Shown here: piece by piece, positions 1-12,438 of the stretch
How the letters are laid out: the number at the start of each line of letters is the position of its first letter
Numbering within the stretch: the stretch's first letter is position 1
Origin: Anthoceros angustus
Taxonomy: Eukaryota > Plantae > Anthocerotophyta
Assembly: GCA_010909165.1 (NCBI GenBank)
Contig: MU008169.1
Span: forward strand, 372,001 to 436,000
DNA: 64,000 nt
Direction: 5' to 3'
Program-made: the position numbers and the translations under genes
The notes under the pieces: model-generated
Seen by the model: the letters and a program-made list of their open reading frames with translations, nothing else
Told to the model about the DNA's origin: nothing
Database searches by the model: none

Positions 1-17
1 CACAAAATCTACAATCA

Positions 18-200
18 ATGCCTCAACCCATGCCTCTAGAGAGGTGCGATCTAGGCAGCAACTCATGCAGAGGAGAGTTTGCTGTGGGGGTGCACAAAGG
101 CATGGGCTTAAGTAGCAGCATAGGTAGAGACCAACAGTTTGCTGCGAGTTGCAAAAGCTACATGGGAAGAGAAAAATCACACAAGCTTGTTTTGCTAATG
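18..200 (+). mobile_element. Possible degenerate Ty3/gypsy integrase remnant
   Basis: Translation PQPMPLERC...GEFAVGVHKGMGLSSSIGRDQQFAASCKSYMG loosely resembles gypsy integrase LQPLPIP...EIVRLHGxPxSIVSDRDxxFxSxFW. Very diverged. Confidence 0.25.
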
Positions 201-895
201 GAAGTGGAGCTCCCCACACATGCAGCGCGCCAGCGTCCTTTGCGAAAACCCGGGCCGTTTCTTGTCACAACCCAACATAAATTCGTAATCAGACCGGCGA
301 TCAATGGACGATAGACACGTAGACTTCAGGAGATACGGAGTGATAAGGCTGTCACCCGCCAATCGTGCCACGTGCCATCTCAAGGCATTATCGTACAAGA
401 ATTTCACAAAAATTGAGGACAGTGAAACGCAAGTGATGAAACAGTTGGAAGACTTGAGTGGTGTGATAGAAGTTCATAACTCAGCGAAAAAACGAGCTTG
501 GCCTTTACTTAAAAAGAATGCGACATCCGTATCTTCTTCAAAGCGCTTCCGAAGCCTCAGGTCTGTCTATGTGACATGTCTACTAGCAATTATCGATGCC
601 TATGCTTTGAACAGCATCGGTAGATACTCCGAATTCGTACTTTACAATTCGACTGATTTTGAGATGATCCGCTACCGAACTGCTGCGCAAAAAAAAAAAG
701 TCAGCATGCTTCAGAACAGAGAAGAAGAAGACGAAAGGAAAAAAAAAACTTGCACAAGAAAGCAAAGATGTCGGAACAGACTGATCTGGAGCAACACAAG
801 CAGCTGCAAGATGAATTCAGGATGGATTCAAGACGAAAAGATGGCATGAGGAAGTCATCCAGGAGCGTAGGAAGGCTTACCAGCGGATGAGAGGC

Positions 896-1294
896 TCAAT
901 CCTCGTACACTCGGCACTCATCTGTCTCGGGGTTCTCCTTGCAGTAGGCCTCAAGAGGATCCTTGTTATCCTTCTCCGCGACTTTCTTGTGCGCAGCTGC
1001 GGCGCTGAGCTCCTCAACCTCGTCCCACTGAGCAACGCATTCCTTGGAGGTCTCGTCCGCAGCGCACACCTCCTGCGCTTCCTGGATGCTCCGCTCCACC
1101 TTGGCGGCCAGGCTATCTACATCCACCGACTTAGGCTGCAAGGCGGCCACGACATGCAGTCTTCTTGCGGAGCGGAGAGGCGCCAGAGCGGGCATGGACA
1201 CAGTCCTCACGGAGGAGAACTGCGAGTGCGGCAAACTGGCCGCCACCGGTGAGGGCACGCAGATGGCCTGAGCTGCCATTGTGACCGACGCCAT
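896..1294 (-). CDS. CP12: Calvin cycle protein CP12, chloroplastic (intronless)
   Basis: Ser/Ala-rich transit peptide, two Cys pairs (VCAADETSKECV and YCKENPETDECRVYED), and the core WDEVEELSAA motif. Confidence 0.97.
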   Translation of the reverse strand: MASVTMAAQAICVPSPVAASLPHSQFSSVRTVSMPALAPLRSARRLHVVAALQPKSVDVDSLAAKVERSIQEAQEVCAADETSKECVAQWDEVEELSAAAAHKKVAEKDNKDPLEAYCKENPETDECRVYED

Positions 1295-1700
1295 CGCACC
1301 AGACGCGGATGCAGCTGAAGAGATCGGAATTGCTCTGTTGCGTAACGGCAGCCGGCAGCGCTTTCAAAGACGCTCAGAGCTCGGGCTCTCCCGCAGGAAG
1401 CAGCAGGCAATCTGGGGAGGGCACGGAAGCGTGGTGGGGCGGTAGCAACACAGAGGGGATTTTTACCCGCAGCTTCGGCACAGGTTCGGCTGCCCCGAGC
1501 CTGCCACAGCCTGGAGAAACAGGATATTTCTCCAGGCCACGGGGAATCGCTGTTCTGGCTTTGCCGCACTTTATCACCTCCTTGCCACGGTGCTCCACGC
1601 GAGTGCATCGGTAACGACTTCTCTTTTACATAATATTCTGCAGGCTTTGAGCCTAGGAAAATGTGAAACAATTAGATCGATAAATACATAAGGCTAAAGA

Positions 1701-3358
1701 CTAGCTTGTAGGTGCTGCTTCCTGGGAAAGCGGTGTGGCCATCTTCAGCAGGGCAGGAATCCAGGCATCCACAACTTCAGACGTTCCATACCATTTCCTG
1801 CTGCTGCTCTCGTTGCTTGCTGGAAAGTGCTCCACACCTGACTTGGCACACAATAAAAGAATTGCGTCACTGAGCAGGGGTTGCGGTGAGAGATATCCGG
1901 ATGCTTCTTGTGATATCAAGAGGAGATGCAAACCTTCCAGAATGATGTGCTCTGCACCTTCCAAACCTATGGCACACTGTACAGGTGTGACACCGTCACC
2001 CCAAACATCCCCCGAGCCACAGCACAGTTCATAGCTCTGGTAGGTGAAGTCCTGAAACACGGGGTACTGTGAGATTTGACAGCTGAAGAGTGCTTTCATG
2101 GGAACTTAGCTACGCAATCGGGATGGTTGGTACCTTCCAAAGGCCACCGTACTTGGAGCTACCACGTAGAGAGTTTCCAGCGATGCATACGTACTCCACA
2201 CCGAGTCCCTTCTCAGCAGCCCCTGGATAGTTTGTGTTGACGAAGTCCATGTTCTTCTTTGTGAGCTTGTCCTGTATCGAAATGGACGAGAGTTGTTAGC
2301 TGCAAGCTCAGCGAGCTCTGACGCTCCAGACCGTATACTGATCGGAAATCACTTACTGTGCAAATATGAGGGGTTCCGAGAGTGATGAGGCCCTTCACAC
2401 GATGGGCAGCACCATATATCTTCCCGTCATACGGTACTCTCCTGCCAAGCTGTGTTCATGGACGTGAGCATAGCAACAGGCTTATCAACGCAGACCATGT
2501 CGGCATGGTGAGTAAAAGGGCATTCAGGGATGGGGAACATACGAGTATTCTGCATATCCACCCTCCAGCTGAGTGAGCTACCAAGATTACTTTCCGAGGT
2601 GGCATGCCCGAACTCCGGGAATCCAAACCAAGGTCCTCTTGAACGGCCGAAGCATATTCGTCAAGCTCACCAAATTGCAGCCCAGGATGTGCCCCGTTCT
2701 TTGGATTTGAGAACTCTCGCAAGAAGTCTAAGAAAGTGTACTTGGGAAGGTCCTCATCCTTTGCTGAGTTACCGGGTCCTGTCCTAAACAACAACGGGGA
2801 GTGAGAAGCCATAAGCCAGCAAGGACATGACTCATACAGGAAACGAGCTCACGCTTCTCATCTATCTTCATCTGCATCAGTTGGCGCAGAGGGAAGGGGT
2901 TGCAACGCCAGCGAGATGGTAGCATCTATCCTGTCTAGAATCGGGCGAACAGACCTCCCACCTAGCGATGGAAGCCAGTTGTACCATCTCAAAGGGACAA
3001 CCTACAATAATCTTAAGCAAGCTTCAACATGCTTCTCCACAGCGTCCCTCATCAATTCCTCACCAATTCAAATGCACAAACAATGCTGGATGGAGGGATT
3101 GTGGCTACATACTGTGGTGGTAAACCCTTTGGAGCGGAGGTGAGCAGCCATAGAAGCATACTGCGAAACATCGGAGAACCAGCCGGGCACAATCACCACT
3201 GCCACATCCTGGCCCTTGCAGGCTCCTTGAGCTCTTGCTGATCCCGCAAACCCTGCTCTGCAATTGCACTGCCTGCACTGGCCCAACCCGCGAGCTCGTG
3301 CCGCATTGAACTGCCCTGAAAACCCACCTGCTCCTGCCGCCACCACCTGGCTTGCCAT
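1701..3358 (-). CDS. Alpha/beta-hydrolase (PGAP1/esterase-lipase-like), probably plastid-targeted, about 7 exons; carries an apparent in-frame TGA at 2858-2860
   Basis: Spliced motifs: VVIVPGW, PSLGGRSVRPIL, nucleophile elbow VILVAHSAGGW, LITLGTPH, WGDGVTP, KWYGTSEVVDAW. GT-AG introns join the pieces. Confidence 0.85.
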
Positions 3359-3590
3359 CTTCACTTCTCCCCTCAAGTCTTTCTCCTCACCAATCCCCTG
3401 TTACGCAGCATCCATCCATCCAGCCATCCATCCGAGGTCCCTGCTACCCTGCACACCAGCGTGTGTGCTCTGAAGGCGTAACAAACAGGCTTAACAGGGA
3501 GTTTCGCATTCGTACCAGCCATCATGTTATCTCGCTGTTTGCACTGAATCAAACAGGTATCTGGGTGCATTTTGTAATGTCAAAAAGAGT

Positions 3591-3645
3591 TGCAAATCTT
3601 CCCGAATGATGTGCTCTGCACCTTCGAGAGGTATGGCACACTGTA
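3591..3645 (-). pseudogene. 55-bp diverged copy of a hydrolase exon end (QCAIPLEGAEHII)
   Basis: tgcaaatcttcccgaatgatgtgctctgcaccttcgagaggtatggcacactgta aligns with 1927-1981 tgcaaaccttccagaatgatgtgctctgcaccttccaaacctatggcacactgta. Confidence 0.8.
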
Positions 3646-3845
3646 TCAAAGTCGAAGTACCCTAAGTTCAGCACTGATAGCATGCACACACATGGTTCCT
3701 GCAATCTCTTCTGCTACCATCAACTCAGAACACATTGCAAAGGCATTCTTCCTCGCTGGCGAAGAAGCTCAACATGTCCCGTTGGCTGATTGGCTTTCGA
3801 GCAACGGGACTCACGGTGGTGATTCTCCAAACCTACCAAATGGCC

Positions 3846-4065
3846 AAATGGCCTAGGCCAAATGGACACACATTTATAAGAACGCCGTGATTAAGCATCT
3901 TAATCATCCTGAGCTTGGATTGGTACTTAGATGTGGTGCTTAAAGGGAGTGGATGCCCTTGGTGCAAATAGCTTAGGCACACCATGGTACAAGTTGGTTA
4001 AGTACCAAGTTCCATGATGGAAATCCGTCCTTAGTGGACTTAAATAAAATTCTTCTTCTTCTTCT
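3846..4065 (+). mobile_element. Non-LTR retroposon (LINE/SINE) 3' end with AATAAA and (CTT)n tail, copy 1
   Basis: Ends ...ccatgatggaaatccgtccttagtggacttaaataaaattcttcttcttcttct. Homologous to four other segments in the window. Confidence 0.75.
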
Positions 4066-4375
4066 ATCACACATAGCCGTATTAATAAAACATTCTTCAG
4101 TAGTCCAAATTGAAGATAAACTTGGTACTGCCTCCGTTATTGCGTTGTGGCTGGGAGTAGACTAAAGCTTTCCTGGACAAAGAAAGATCAGCCAAGCTTA
4201 CAAATATGTTGGACCTTTTTTGAGCCACATTAGGTCCAAAAAGCATGTAGCACACTACTAATGGACTTGAAACTCCAAAGCCTTAAAGCGTGAGACGAAT
4301 AAAAAAACTTGGCTTGATTAAAATTACGGGAGTCCCAAAGGTTGTTGGTTTTCTCATGTATACTGAGTTGTTAAT

Positions 4376-4735
4376 GTGTTATATAAACATGCTAGCAAAC
4401 CTTGTGATGCTCATTGGGAATGGGCCAAGCATGTTCTGCACTGTATTCGTGAAACTTCACTTCATGGTTTATGTTTTGGTGATTCTAATGTTAACATTGC
4501 TTCGCTTTTACTATTGTTGGTTATTGTGATTCTAATTGGGCGGGAGTTAAAAGGAATTGTCGCTCTACTTTTGGATATGCTTTTTGCGTTTTTAATTCTC
4601 TTGTTAGTTGGAGTACTAAGTCATAACTTCGTGTTGCTCTTTCTTCTACCGAAGCAAAACATATGGCAATGGGACATACTACTAAGGAGGTGATTTGGTT
4701 GCATCTTCTTGTTTGGAACTTGCATTTATGCATTG
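4376..4735 (+). mobile_element. Ty1/copia RT-RNase H remnant
   Basis: Frameshifted HWEWAKHVLHCIRET ... YCDSNWAG..RNCRSTFGYAF...VSWSTKS..VALSSTEAKHMA...EVIWL matches the copia YxDSDWAG..RRSTSGY..SWxSKKQ..VALSSTEAEY pattern. Confidence 0.85.
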
Positions 4736-4947
4736 GTTATGTGTGTGAGAATTTTCTACTTCAAATCCACAAAAGGTATGTAAATCGATAGGTCTTGAGA
4801 CGAAAGTAGACTCGTTGGCGGCATGAAGACTCCTAAGCATGGCTTTTCAATATTTTGCAAAAATACTTCATGTTGCAAAAACCATGCATGAGCTATCGAG
4901 CGTTGGACGTTTCTAACCAAACTCTACAAAGACACAAATTGAAAATG

Positions 4948-6070
4948 GTTGTAATGAGTATTCTAAGGAGAATAGACAATGATATTCACTTATGTTATTG
5001 ACCATCTTTTGAACTAGTTTTCGCATTCTCCTTCTTGAAGACAAAATTTTTAATTGACGATTTCTTAATTCTTGGTTTTATACAAGTAATTGATAAAGTC
5101 ATTTGGGTTTGCGACTATCATTGAACAAGCTCAACGAGCAATACATGGCCTGTATTGAAGTTGAGTGCACGACAAGAAAAAGTTATAATTGTGAAGTGGC
5201 GGGGCGTGAAAGTGGTAAGTTTGATTCCAGTATTTACAAATCTTTGTCCTTTACATGTATTTGGGTTAATGTTCATGTTTCTATGGTATGTTATGGGTTT
5301 CATCGCAACATACTTGACTGTTTCAATTTTTTACTTTTAACAACTATCACATATGCTATAAGAATTTAGAAAGAACGATTTTGAAGGTACTTGGGTGCGT
5401 CTTTGTTTATGTACAAGATCTCTATCTAATATATGAGGTTCTCTTCTACTTGGAGAGGTCTTGGGGCATGTACAATTTTGTCTAGAAGAGAATGAAGGAA
5501 AAAAGACATGTAGATATAGTGGTCGCAGAAGGTGTAGGGCAAGCTTAGATCTAAAAGAAAAGGAAGTTGACATTCACAATTTTGATTTGACAATCGTAAT
5601 AAAAAATGATTGTGAATGAATTAGAATCTGGAAATTTTAATTATGATGTTAGTGTGTGGCTATCAAACAAACTCAAGGTAATGAATTAGATTCGACCAAG
5701 CATATAAGTCTTTACAAGATCTATTTCAACTCTTGAATAACAACGATTTTGCTTTGTTTTTGCACAGACACATCTAAAGTAGAACACAAATAAATACTTG
5801 TCCATCAAATATTGTGAGATACAAGTCGATTGTATGTATTATTTTACATCCACGAGTGATCAACTTTTGGTAATCATGGACTTGATTTCTAGTTCTTGTG
5901 GTGGAAAATTAGATCCCTTGTATATCATTCGAGTGTATCCTAGCAATGCCTTGGACAACGTCTTATGTACACTACTAGGCGATAGTGCAATTCATAGAGC
6001 CATAGTAAGATTTTCTGGATTTGCACCAAGAGTTGTTATGGAAGGGAGACTTACATACCTATGCAGATAA
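4948..6070 (+). pseudogene. PFK: Degenerate unprocessed ATP-dependent 6-phosphofructokinase pseudogene (C-terminal half)
   Basis: Ordered remnants: RIDNDI (4972-), VIDK-SFGFATIIEQAQRAI (5086-), GFIATY, DVSVWLSNKLK|gt, LSIKY-|DPLYIIRVYPSNALDNVLCTLLGDSAIH. These match plant PFK TIDNDI, VIDKSFGFDTAVEEAQRAI, GFIAMY, DVGLWLSQKIK and [25 protein letters not shown], with intron-like gaps between them. Confidence 0.85.
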
Positions 6071-6212
6071 TGTAGATATGTGAGTAATTGATTTCTTTTA
6101 TGTGTCACTTATATCTTGAATTTTTATTAGTATTTAATATTTTGGATCAACTACTAATTTTTTCCCATCTTCTGGCATGTTCTTGATGTAGATGTGGACA
6201 CAAGGAAACAAA

Positions 6213-6388
6213 CGAGAGTCTGTGTGTCTTGTGTGAAACTCGTTGCTTTGAGAGCGAGCCTGTGTGTCTAGTATGAAACTTGTTGCTGTGAGAGAGAGTC
6301 TATATGTCTTGTGTGAAAGCTATCGGTGTGTGAGAGAGTCAACGTGTCTTGTGTGAAACTCTTCGCTGTGAAAGAAGTCAATATGTTG
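6213..6388. repeat. 40-bp minisatellite, about 4.5 copies
   Basis: Unit of roughly gagagtctgtgtgtcttgtgtgaaactcgttgctgtgaga recurring with a period of 40. Confidence 0.85.
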
Positions 6389-7358
6389 TAAGGGTGTTGT
6401 TGAGCACTGTGAGCTCAATTCTATCGTTAGAGACTCACAACGTGTGACTTGAACGAGAAAGCTCTTCCAGATCCTTAGTCTGGCTTGTTCCAAACAATTT
6501 TAAAACGCTTCATAATGGAGACCACAATTTTGGACGAAGACTAACAATAGCAAACCATTATTCGCATATTTCTTCACATTAATTTGAATTACAAGAATTT
6601 AAAATTTGCTTCTAATGTGGAGTACATCCCAAAACACTGGATTCAATCGATTCTGTAGTTATAACCATAAACTATGAGGAAAAAAAACTAAATGTTTGGA
6701 TAGTCTTCTCATATGTTCAATATATATTGAACATACGGTTCATCACTTCCAAGAATAAGACGCCTATCTTGACATAATAATATGTACCACTCTCCATAAT
6801 GAAAGAACATATAAATTAACTATCATGACGTATTGAATCCGGGTCAGCTCTTGAAAGTATAACAAATAAAGTTGTAACAAATATAAACTGACCTTTTCTC
6901 AAATCAATCTCCACGTTGAAGTATTTCTCCATAGTTTTATATAGTAGTCTTCAAAAATTGAACGACATAGTCATGCCTCCCTCTTTGAATGCAAAATATC
7001 AAAACCTCCGTCATTAGACATTGACTATCTCGTATGTTGAGTACTATGCTAGTGCATATTCCTCTTCATAATTATAGGATCATGGATCAATATGCACCAA
7101 CGTAATGGCGTCCGTTTCCTAAAGGGTTTGAGAGTTTTTTAAAAGATTCTTTTGCGTTTCGACACAATATGCTCAAAAGTTTTTAGTTTTTTTTATAATG
7201 TAGAGGACATAATTTGGTACGAAGGGCAACCTTAACATGGGTCAAAAGTTAAAATAATAAATAATAATTAATTTATCAATATTACTGGAGTTTACTCACT
7301 TCAAGGTATTATTAAGGGCCTGAAAGTTGGGCAATGAAATGGGATTCCGAATCCCGTC

Positions 7359-7415
7359 AAGAAGAAGAAGAAGAATTTTATTTAAGTCCACTAAGGATGG
7401 ATTTCCGTCATGGGA
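7359..7415 (-). mobile_element. (CTT)n-tailed retroposon 3' end, copy 2 (heavily 5'-truncated)
   Basis: Reverse complement tcccatgacggaaatccatccttagtggacttaaataaaattcttcttcttctt is nearly identical to 4011-4065. Confidence 0.8.
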
Positions 7416-8572
7416 TTGAAATATGGTAACTACATAGATTATAGTAAAATATTCTGGAAAAATATAAAAATAAAATTCAAACAAGATAAATAATTTTCAA
7501 TCAATAAACAGTGTCAATAAATTGCGTGAACGAGGGCCAAACACCACCAGTTCATCGCTACGAAAGAAAGCCACTTGACCTGCACCACCAATTCATCCCT
7601 GCAGCACGAGCTGCTCTGAAAGCGGGTAATTTCTTCTTAATCTTCCATTGCAATGGTGTAAGATCCTCAAGGGTGCGAAATAAGTTCATATTGTCCCCAT
7701 CTGGGACGCGCAAGACGGCACCAGTTTCGATGCCGATTTGTTAAATGCACGTCGTCGTTCCTCGTTCCAGTTCTTGACCACCTATCCCGATTACAGGAAA
7801 AACTCATCTGGCTCAAACGACGAAGTCTTGTTTCCTGTTCTCCAGGTCGGGCCTTCAGCTTCGAGTCCCCTGTTGAACTCCTCATCCCTTCCCGGTTGCA
7901 TTGCGCTCTTGTCGTGTTTCGTAACCTCGTAGCGGCCCCGCGCCTGAGGTCGTGGACTCGCACAACGGCCCTGTTTTGTATGTGTGGCTCCAGAAGGCAG
8001 GACGAACGAATGTTTGACTTCGGCAGATCTTCCTACAAGAACGTCTGGCCCGACCGCACTGAAAGGGCGCCCTCGTCCTGCATCCGCTCTTTCACTTAAT
8101 CAAGACCAAGAGCATCTTCGTGGCCGGGCCTGGGGGTCAAGAGTCGCTCAAGAGAGTTTCTCACAGATGCATGCCTTTGAGAAAGGATATGCAATCGCTT
8201 TGCTCCCGCAGTCGCATCCATTTGTAACATCAGAAACACATCTGGCATTAGCTTGCTGGCATGGCTTGCCCTACGAGCTCGGTCTGCTGTTGGCAGTAGG
8301 CATTATGTTAGTTGGCTGTTTGAGTCTTGAATCTTCCGTATTGCGGGATTGTAACTGTCAAGGACGGTACCGTGGCTTTCAAAATCCTCCTTCATCGCTT
8401 TGTCTTCAGTACGATGATCGCTGGGAACCGAAGAGCCTGTACTTGTCTTGTGCGTTTCCGTCCAGCTCTCTTGGAACATGCCTCATAGCTCGGATGCTGC
8501 TGGGAGCTCCTGCAGTTTTTGATATACATGCTTCGGAAGAACAGTTCGGTGCAGCAGCAGAAAGAGAGGAGG

Positions 8573-9426
8573 ATGAGGACTTCCATGCTGCTCAGCGTCC
8601 TTGTTGTAGTGATGGAGGCAGGATGGGGAAGGGGGGACAGCTCTGTCGACAGCATTGAGTCTCTGCTCACAAAAGCTGGCCTGGGTTTCAGCCAGTTCTC
8701 TATGGCAGCAAATAGCAGCAACATCGATAGTGTGCCAGTGCCGGACGCCTACACCCTCTTTGCCCCTACAAATGCAGCTGTTGAGGTTCTCGTTTGAATC
8801 ATCCTACTTGCCATCGGTATGTTGCATGCGTGATTTTCTGGCATTGTTCTGACCCGCGCATGCTTGGAAGTGCAGGCACACATGTCTTGCTTCAACTCCT
8901 CAAAGATTGATGCCGACACTAAGTTGGAAATCATTAGGTATCATATAATCAGGACATCCCTGAAGGTGGCAGCTATCCAGGCGATAGTTGCTAACACGGT
9001 AGGAGACTGGGTGGCCCCATCTCTCTACAACGACCAGCCTCTTAATTTCTCCCTTGATTACTCCAGCAACGATGAAGATGACCCTATAATCACTATCAAC
9101 CGCGTGAGCCAGATTGTCAAGTCGAATGTGGTTGAGACCTCCAGAGCTACTGTCCATGGAATCAACAAGGTCCTCATTCCTCCCTCCCTGCAGGTATCTT
9201 TTCTGCTCCGGACACCCAACCTTGCTGGATTTTTCCTGTTTACCGGAACATACTGACAGGCTTGTTCGGAAACCGGTGTGTTTTGCAGGCCTTGACAGCT
9301 CAGTGCCGAGCCAGCTCGTCTCCTACTCCTTTTCTCCAGGGTAGACTTTCACCCTACCCTATAGCTCCTTCAGTAACCGCATGCCCTGCACTAATAAACC
9401 GTGGATCAAAACTCATGGTGAGTTAA
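8573..9426 (+). CDS. Fasciclin (FAS1) domain / fasciclin-like arabinogalactan protein, 3 exons (3' end uncertain)
   Basis: Signal peptide MRTSMLLSVLVVVMEAGWG, H1 motif YTLFAPTNAA, central IIRYHII, H2 motif TVHGINKVLIPP, and a Pro/Ser-rich tail. Confidence 0.85.
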
Positions 9427-10189
9427 ATGTGGTGATGCAGGAACATGGAGCTATGTGATGTTCATGCTTGTCGGACTGGTAACCATCGCAGTCAATCAGG
9501 TGCAATGAGCCCCATCCTACTTGCCCCACTGTTATCCTGCAATAGGACCAGCCTCTCTAATCTAACCGTCCGTCAAACTCTAAAAAGAACATCCAAGACA
9601 CTCTTGCAAGCAGGAACCACAAAGCGTCAAATTCCCAATGATGGAGACCAAGTAGAAAATAGCAACTATGGTCTCCGTTCAAGCAAAGACGATTGAAGGT
9701 CTGATGGATGATGCAAAATACTCCCGCTGCCCTTCAGGTTTGACAACAAGGTTGCACCACCTTGCAGAAGTGCAAATACAGAGTCTCGTCCCAAGTCCCC
9801 ACACCAGCACAAGAGGAGCAAGTAGCTTATACCAAGTAATGAGGGCAAAATGGAACGATGCATAGAATCAGCACGAGACGAAGAAGCCAACAGTGAATGT
9901 GCACGGACGGGCCCACAATTGAATGCAGCATGAACGGCGCGGGAAGGCCAGTTCCAAAACAGAATCAATCTCTTCCAGCTTCGATGAGTGGGTGTTGCAA
10001 CCAGAGACCAAAGTACCTACGGCTCGGGAATGCAGTTCCAATTGATGTTATTGGCTATGCCGAGACAACTCCACAGCTCACAGTCCTGCAAATGGCTGCA
10101 AACCAAGCAGAAGGCTGCAATCAAAATAGGCAGCACATAAAGCTTTGGTGGTCCTTTGAAGTAGACGAGCTAGTGTGGATACGAGCATT

Positions 10190-10268
10190 CCATTCATATG
10201 CTAGTGTTAGCAGGTAGCGAAAGAGCTTTCCATTCACATGCTAGAGTTAGCAGGTAGCGAAAGAGCTT
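10190..10268. repeat. 40-bp tandem duplication spanning the stop codon of the minus-strand gene
   Basis: ccattca(t/c)atgctag(t/a)gttagcaggtagcgaaagagctt occurs twice in tandem. Confidence 0.85.
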
Positions 10269-11349
10269 CTACGTACTAAAAGACAAGAAATCTTTGTAGG
10301 TTGTCCTACTACTTTGGGTAAGGTGCACACCGCATAGTCAGGCTTATGATAGGTTAGATTGAGCTGCTCCTCTCCTAGGACTACATCTGATGCATCCAGG
10401 AGCACATGCCAACAATTCCTTTGAGCTTCTGAAACCCAATGCAATGAGTTTCGGGTGCCACTATTATCTGCTGCATATGCAAATGCAAACAATCCCTTTG
10501 GACTGTGCTTTATCTTCTTCCTCAGTTGCTGGCTCAAGTGCGAGCCCGCCTTTCTGAGATCAAGCCAATCCGTGGGCGCCGAGACGACCTTGGACTCCTT
10601 AGGCACAGCATAATCTCGTATGCCATCCACCTTGCTATCAAGGACCGTCAGATAGACGTTATATCTGAAAAACGGATAGCTCTCCCCTATGAGAGTCAAA
10701 GCTTCCCTGCTGCTTGCGGTGAAGACGACGAAGTAGTCGTCCTCACGCAACCCACAATGCCTTAGCACGCGATTCCTTGCGTGCATCTCCGGGATGGAAA
10801 TGGAGTTATCTGGAGAGGACGACTTCTTGGCCAAGATATCCGACAACCTAGAAGGCTCCAGCTGCATCCGCTTTGTTTCTGGCAAGGTACTACCGAAAAC
10901 AGCCGACATATCTTTGGAAGAAGCATAGCCTGGTGAGGTTCTGGAGTGTGACCCAGAACTGCTGCAGCTGCTGCCATCCTCATTGTACTCCTGATCCTCC
11001 CTCACAGTAGACAGATTTACCGCCGATGATGAACCCTCATATATCTCAGGGTACCTGGCTTTCACGTACTCTTCTACATACTGCATCTCCATGGGCGTGA
11101 TGGGGCTGGACCATCTCAGGTTCAGTCCATGCAACGTCGACATGGCTTCTGCGATAATGTGCGGAGGAATGACGAAGGTCCGTGCCTGTGCAAACCATCA
11201 ACAGTAGAGTCAGATAACTCCAAAATCCATCAAAAGCAGAAAGGAAGCAAGCAAGCCAAAGGGTGCAGAATGCAGAGTACCGGTGGCTCATCCTCTTTGC
11301 TCTGGTGCCTGCGAGGCCAACTCTCTGCTGCTGCTGTATTGGAGCTCAT
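10247..11349 (-). CDS. Plant PLP-dependent-transferase / molybdenum cofactor sulfurase-like uncharacterised protein, 2 exons (11349-11281, 11185-10247)
   Basis: IPPHIIAEAMSTLHGLNLRWSSPITPMEMQYVEEYV N-terminus; ARNRVLRHCGLREDDYFVVFT, ESYPF, KGLFAF, WHVLLDA and HKPDY motifs. The GT-AG intron is in phase. Confidence 0.8.
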
Positions 11350-12438
11350 AATGCTGCTGCTGGATATCCTGCCCGCAGAATCTCGCAGAGCCCACCAAGA
11401 CAGGAAACAGAGAGCTGAGCCCTGCTTGATCCGTGGCTGCTCTCTAACCACAAGACTGAAACGTTTTCACACTTGGAATCAATCCACCTTGGCAGCAGAA
11501 TTCATCCCTCTACCTCCTCCATACCACACTTTCAGAAACAGCAGCGACCTGCCACACCACACACGAACGAAGGACCCACTGAGCCCCATGGCCAGATCTC
11601 CTCAACATTACATCTCCTCGAAATCGGAAGCAATATTACTTACACTGATACCCCCAATTCGAACGCACACCCCAGCTACGGAGCACCCATATCCTCCAGA
11701 GCAGAGCCGAGACCAGGCTGCACTTCTTCCTGCCCGTACAACCCGCCTCCGCCCAATGCCCCAGACATCCCAGGCAAGCGGATTGTGGGCCAATCAGCAG
11801 ATTGTGCCACGCACCAGCCCCAGCTCAGCTCACCCACCCAGCGCAGCACAACCCACCACAGCCCAGCACATCACAGTACAGCCCACCACAGTACAGCACA
11901 GCAAAGCAGCGTCCCCTTCTGCTCTCCTGCTCTCTTGAGGGCAGCACTGGATTTCACGCTCCCCCGATTCCACAGTGCCCAGCCCCTCGAAGCAAGACCC
12001 ACCAAAGACCGTGTACATGGCATGTTTCTCAGAACTTGGACTCTTTGGACGGTAGCTCTGATTACTCACTGTGGAAGACCGTTCCGCATCTTGAGTCTTG
12101 ACTCGCCTTGTCATTTCCTCCAGTTTGTTTTAACAACGCCCTCCCAGGCGCTTTCCCTTTTTATCTGGGCACAGCATACTTCTCCGGACCCAACTTTTGT
12201 TACCTATGAACTGTGGGCACTTGGAGATATCGAGGATCTCCTTTGACATATGTCCTGGGAGCACAGCTTTGTCTTTCTTCACTCTCTGATTTGTCTTTCC
12301 TTCGGTTCTAGGGCTACTTCCTCTCCTCTTCCACTCCCGCTCTGTCACGGATTCAAAAGAAAATGCAAGTTGTTTTTGTCCAAAGCCTTCTCGGCTTGTA
12401 AAGACATGTGACGAATCCTGCGTCTGCACGCTCTCGAC

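Noticed and set aside
304-849. 181-aa + strand ORF next to CP12
   Set aside because: It has no recognisable domain, runs through A-tracts, and overlaps the probable CP12 3' UTR.
6880-7245. Possible PIF/Harbinger transposase traces on the minus strand
   Set aside because: Only vague motif echoes (THVKV, GFDILHSK) are visible, which is too degenerate to support.
7984-8658. 224-aa ORF upstream of the fasciclin gene
   Set aside because: It has no motifs and is out of frame with the fasciclin CDS, so it is probably UTR or intron sequence.
11129-12246. Long overlapping + strand ORFs of 269 and 257 aa
   Set aside because: They are low-complexity Pro/His/Ser frames with no motifs, lying over the first exon and upstream region of the minus-strand gene and a cagca/cacag repeat.
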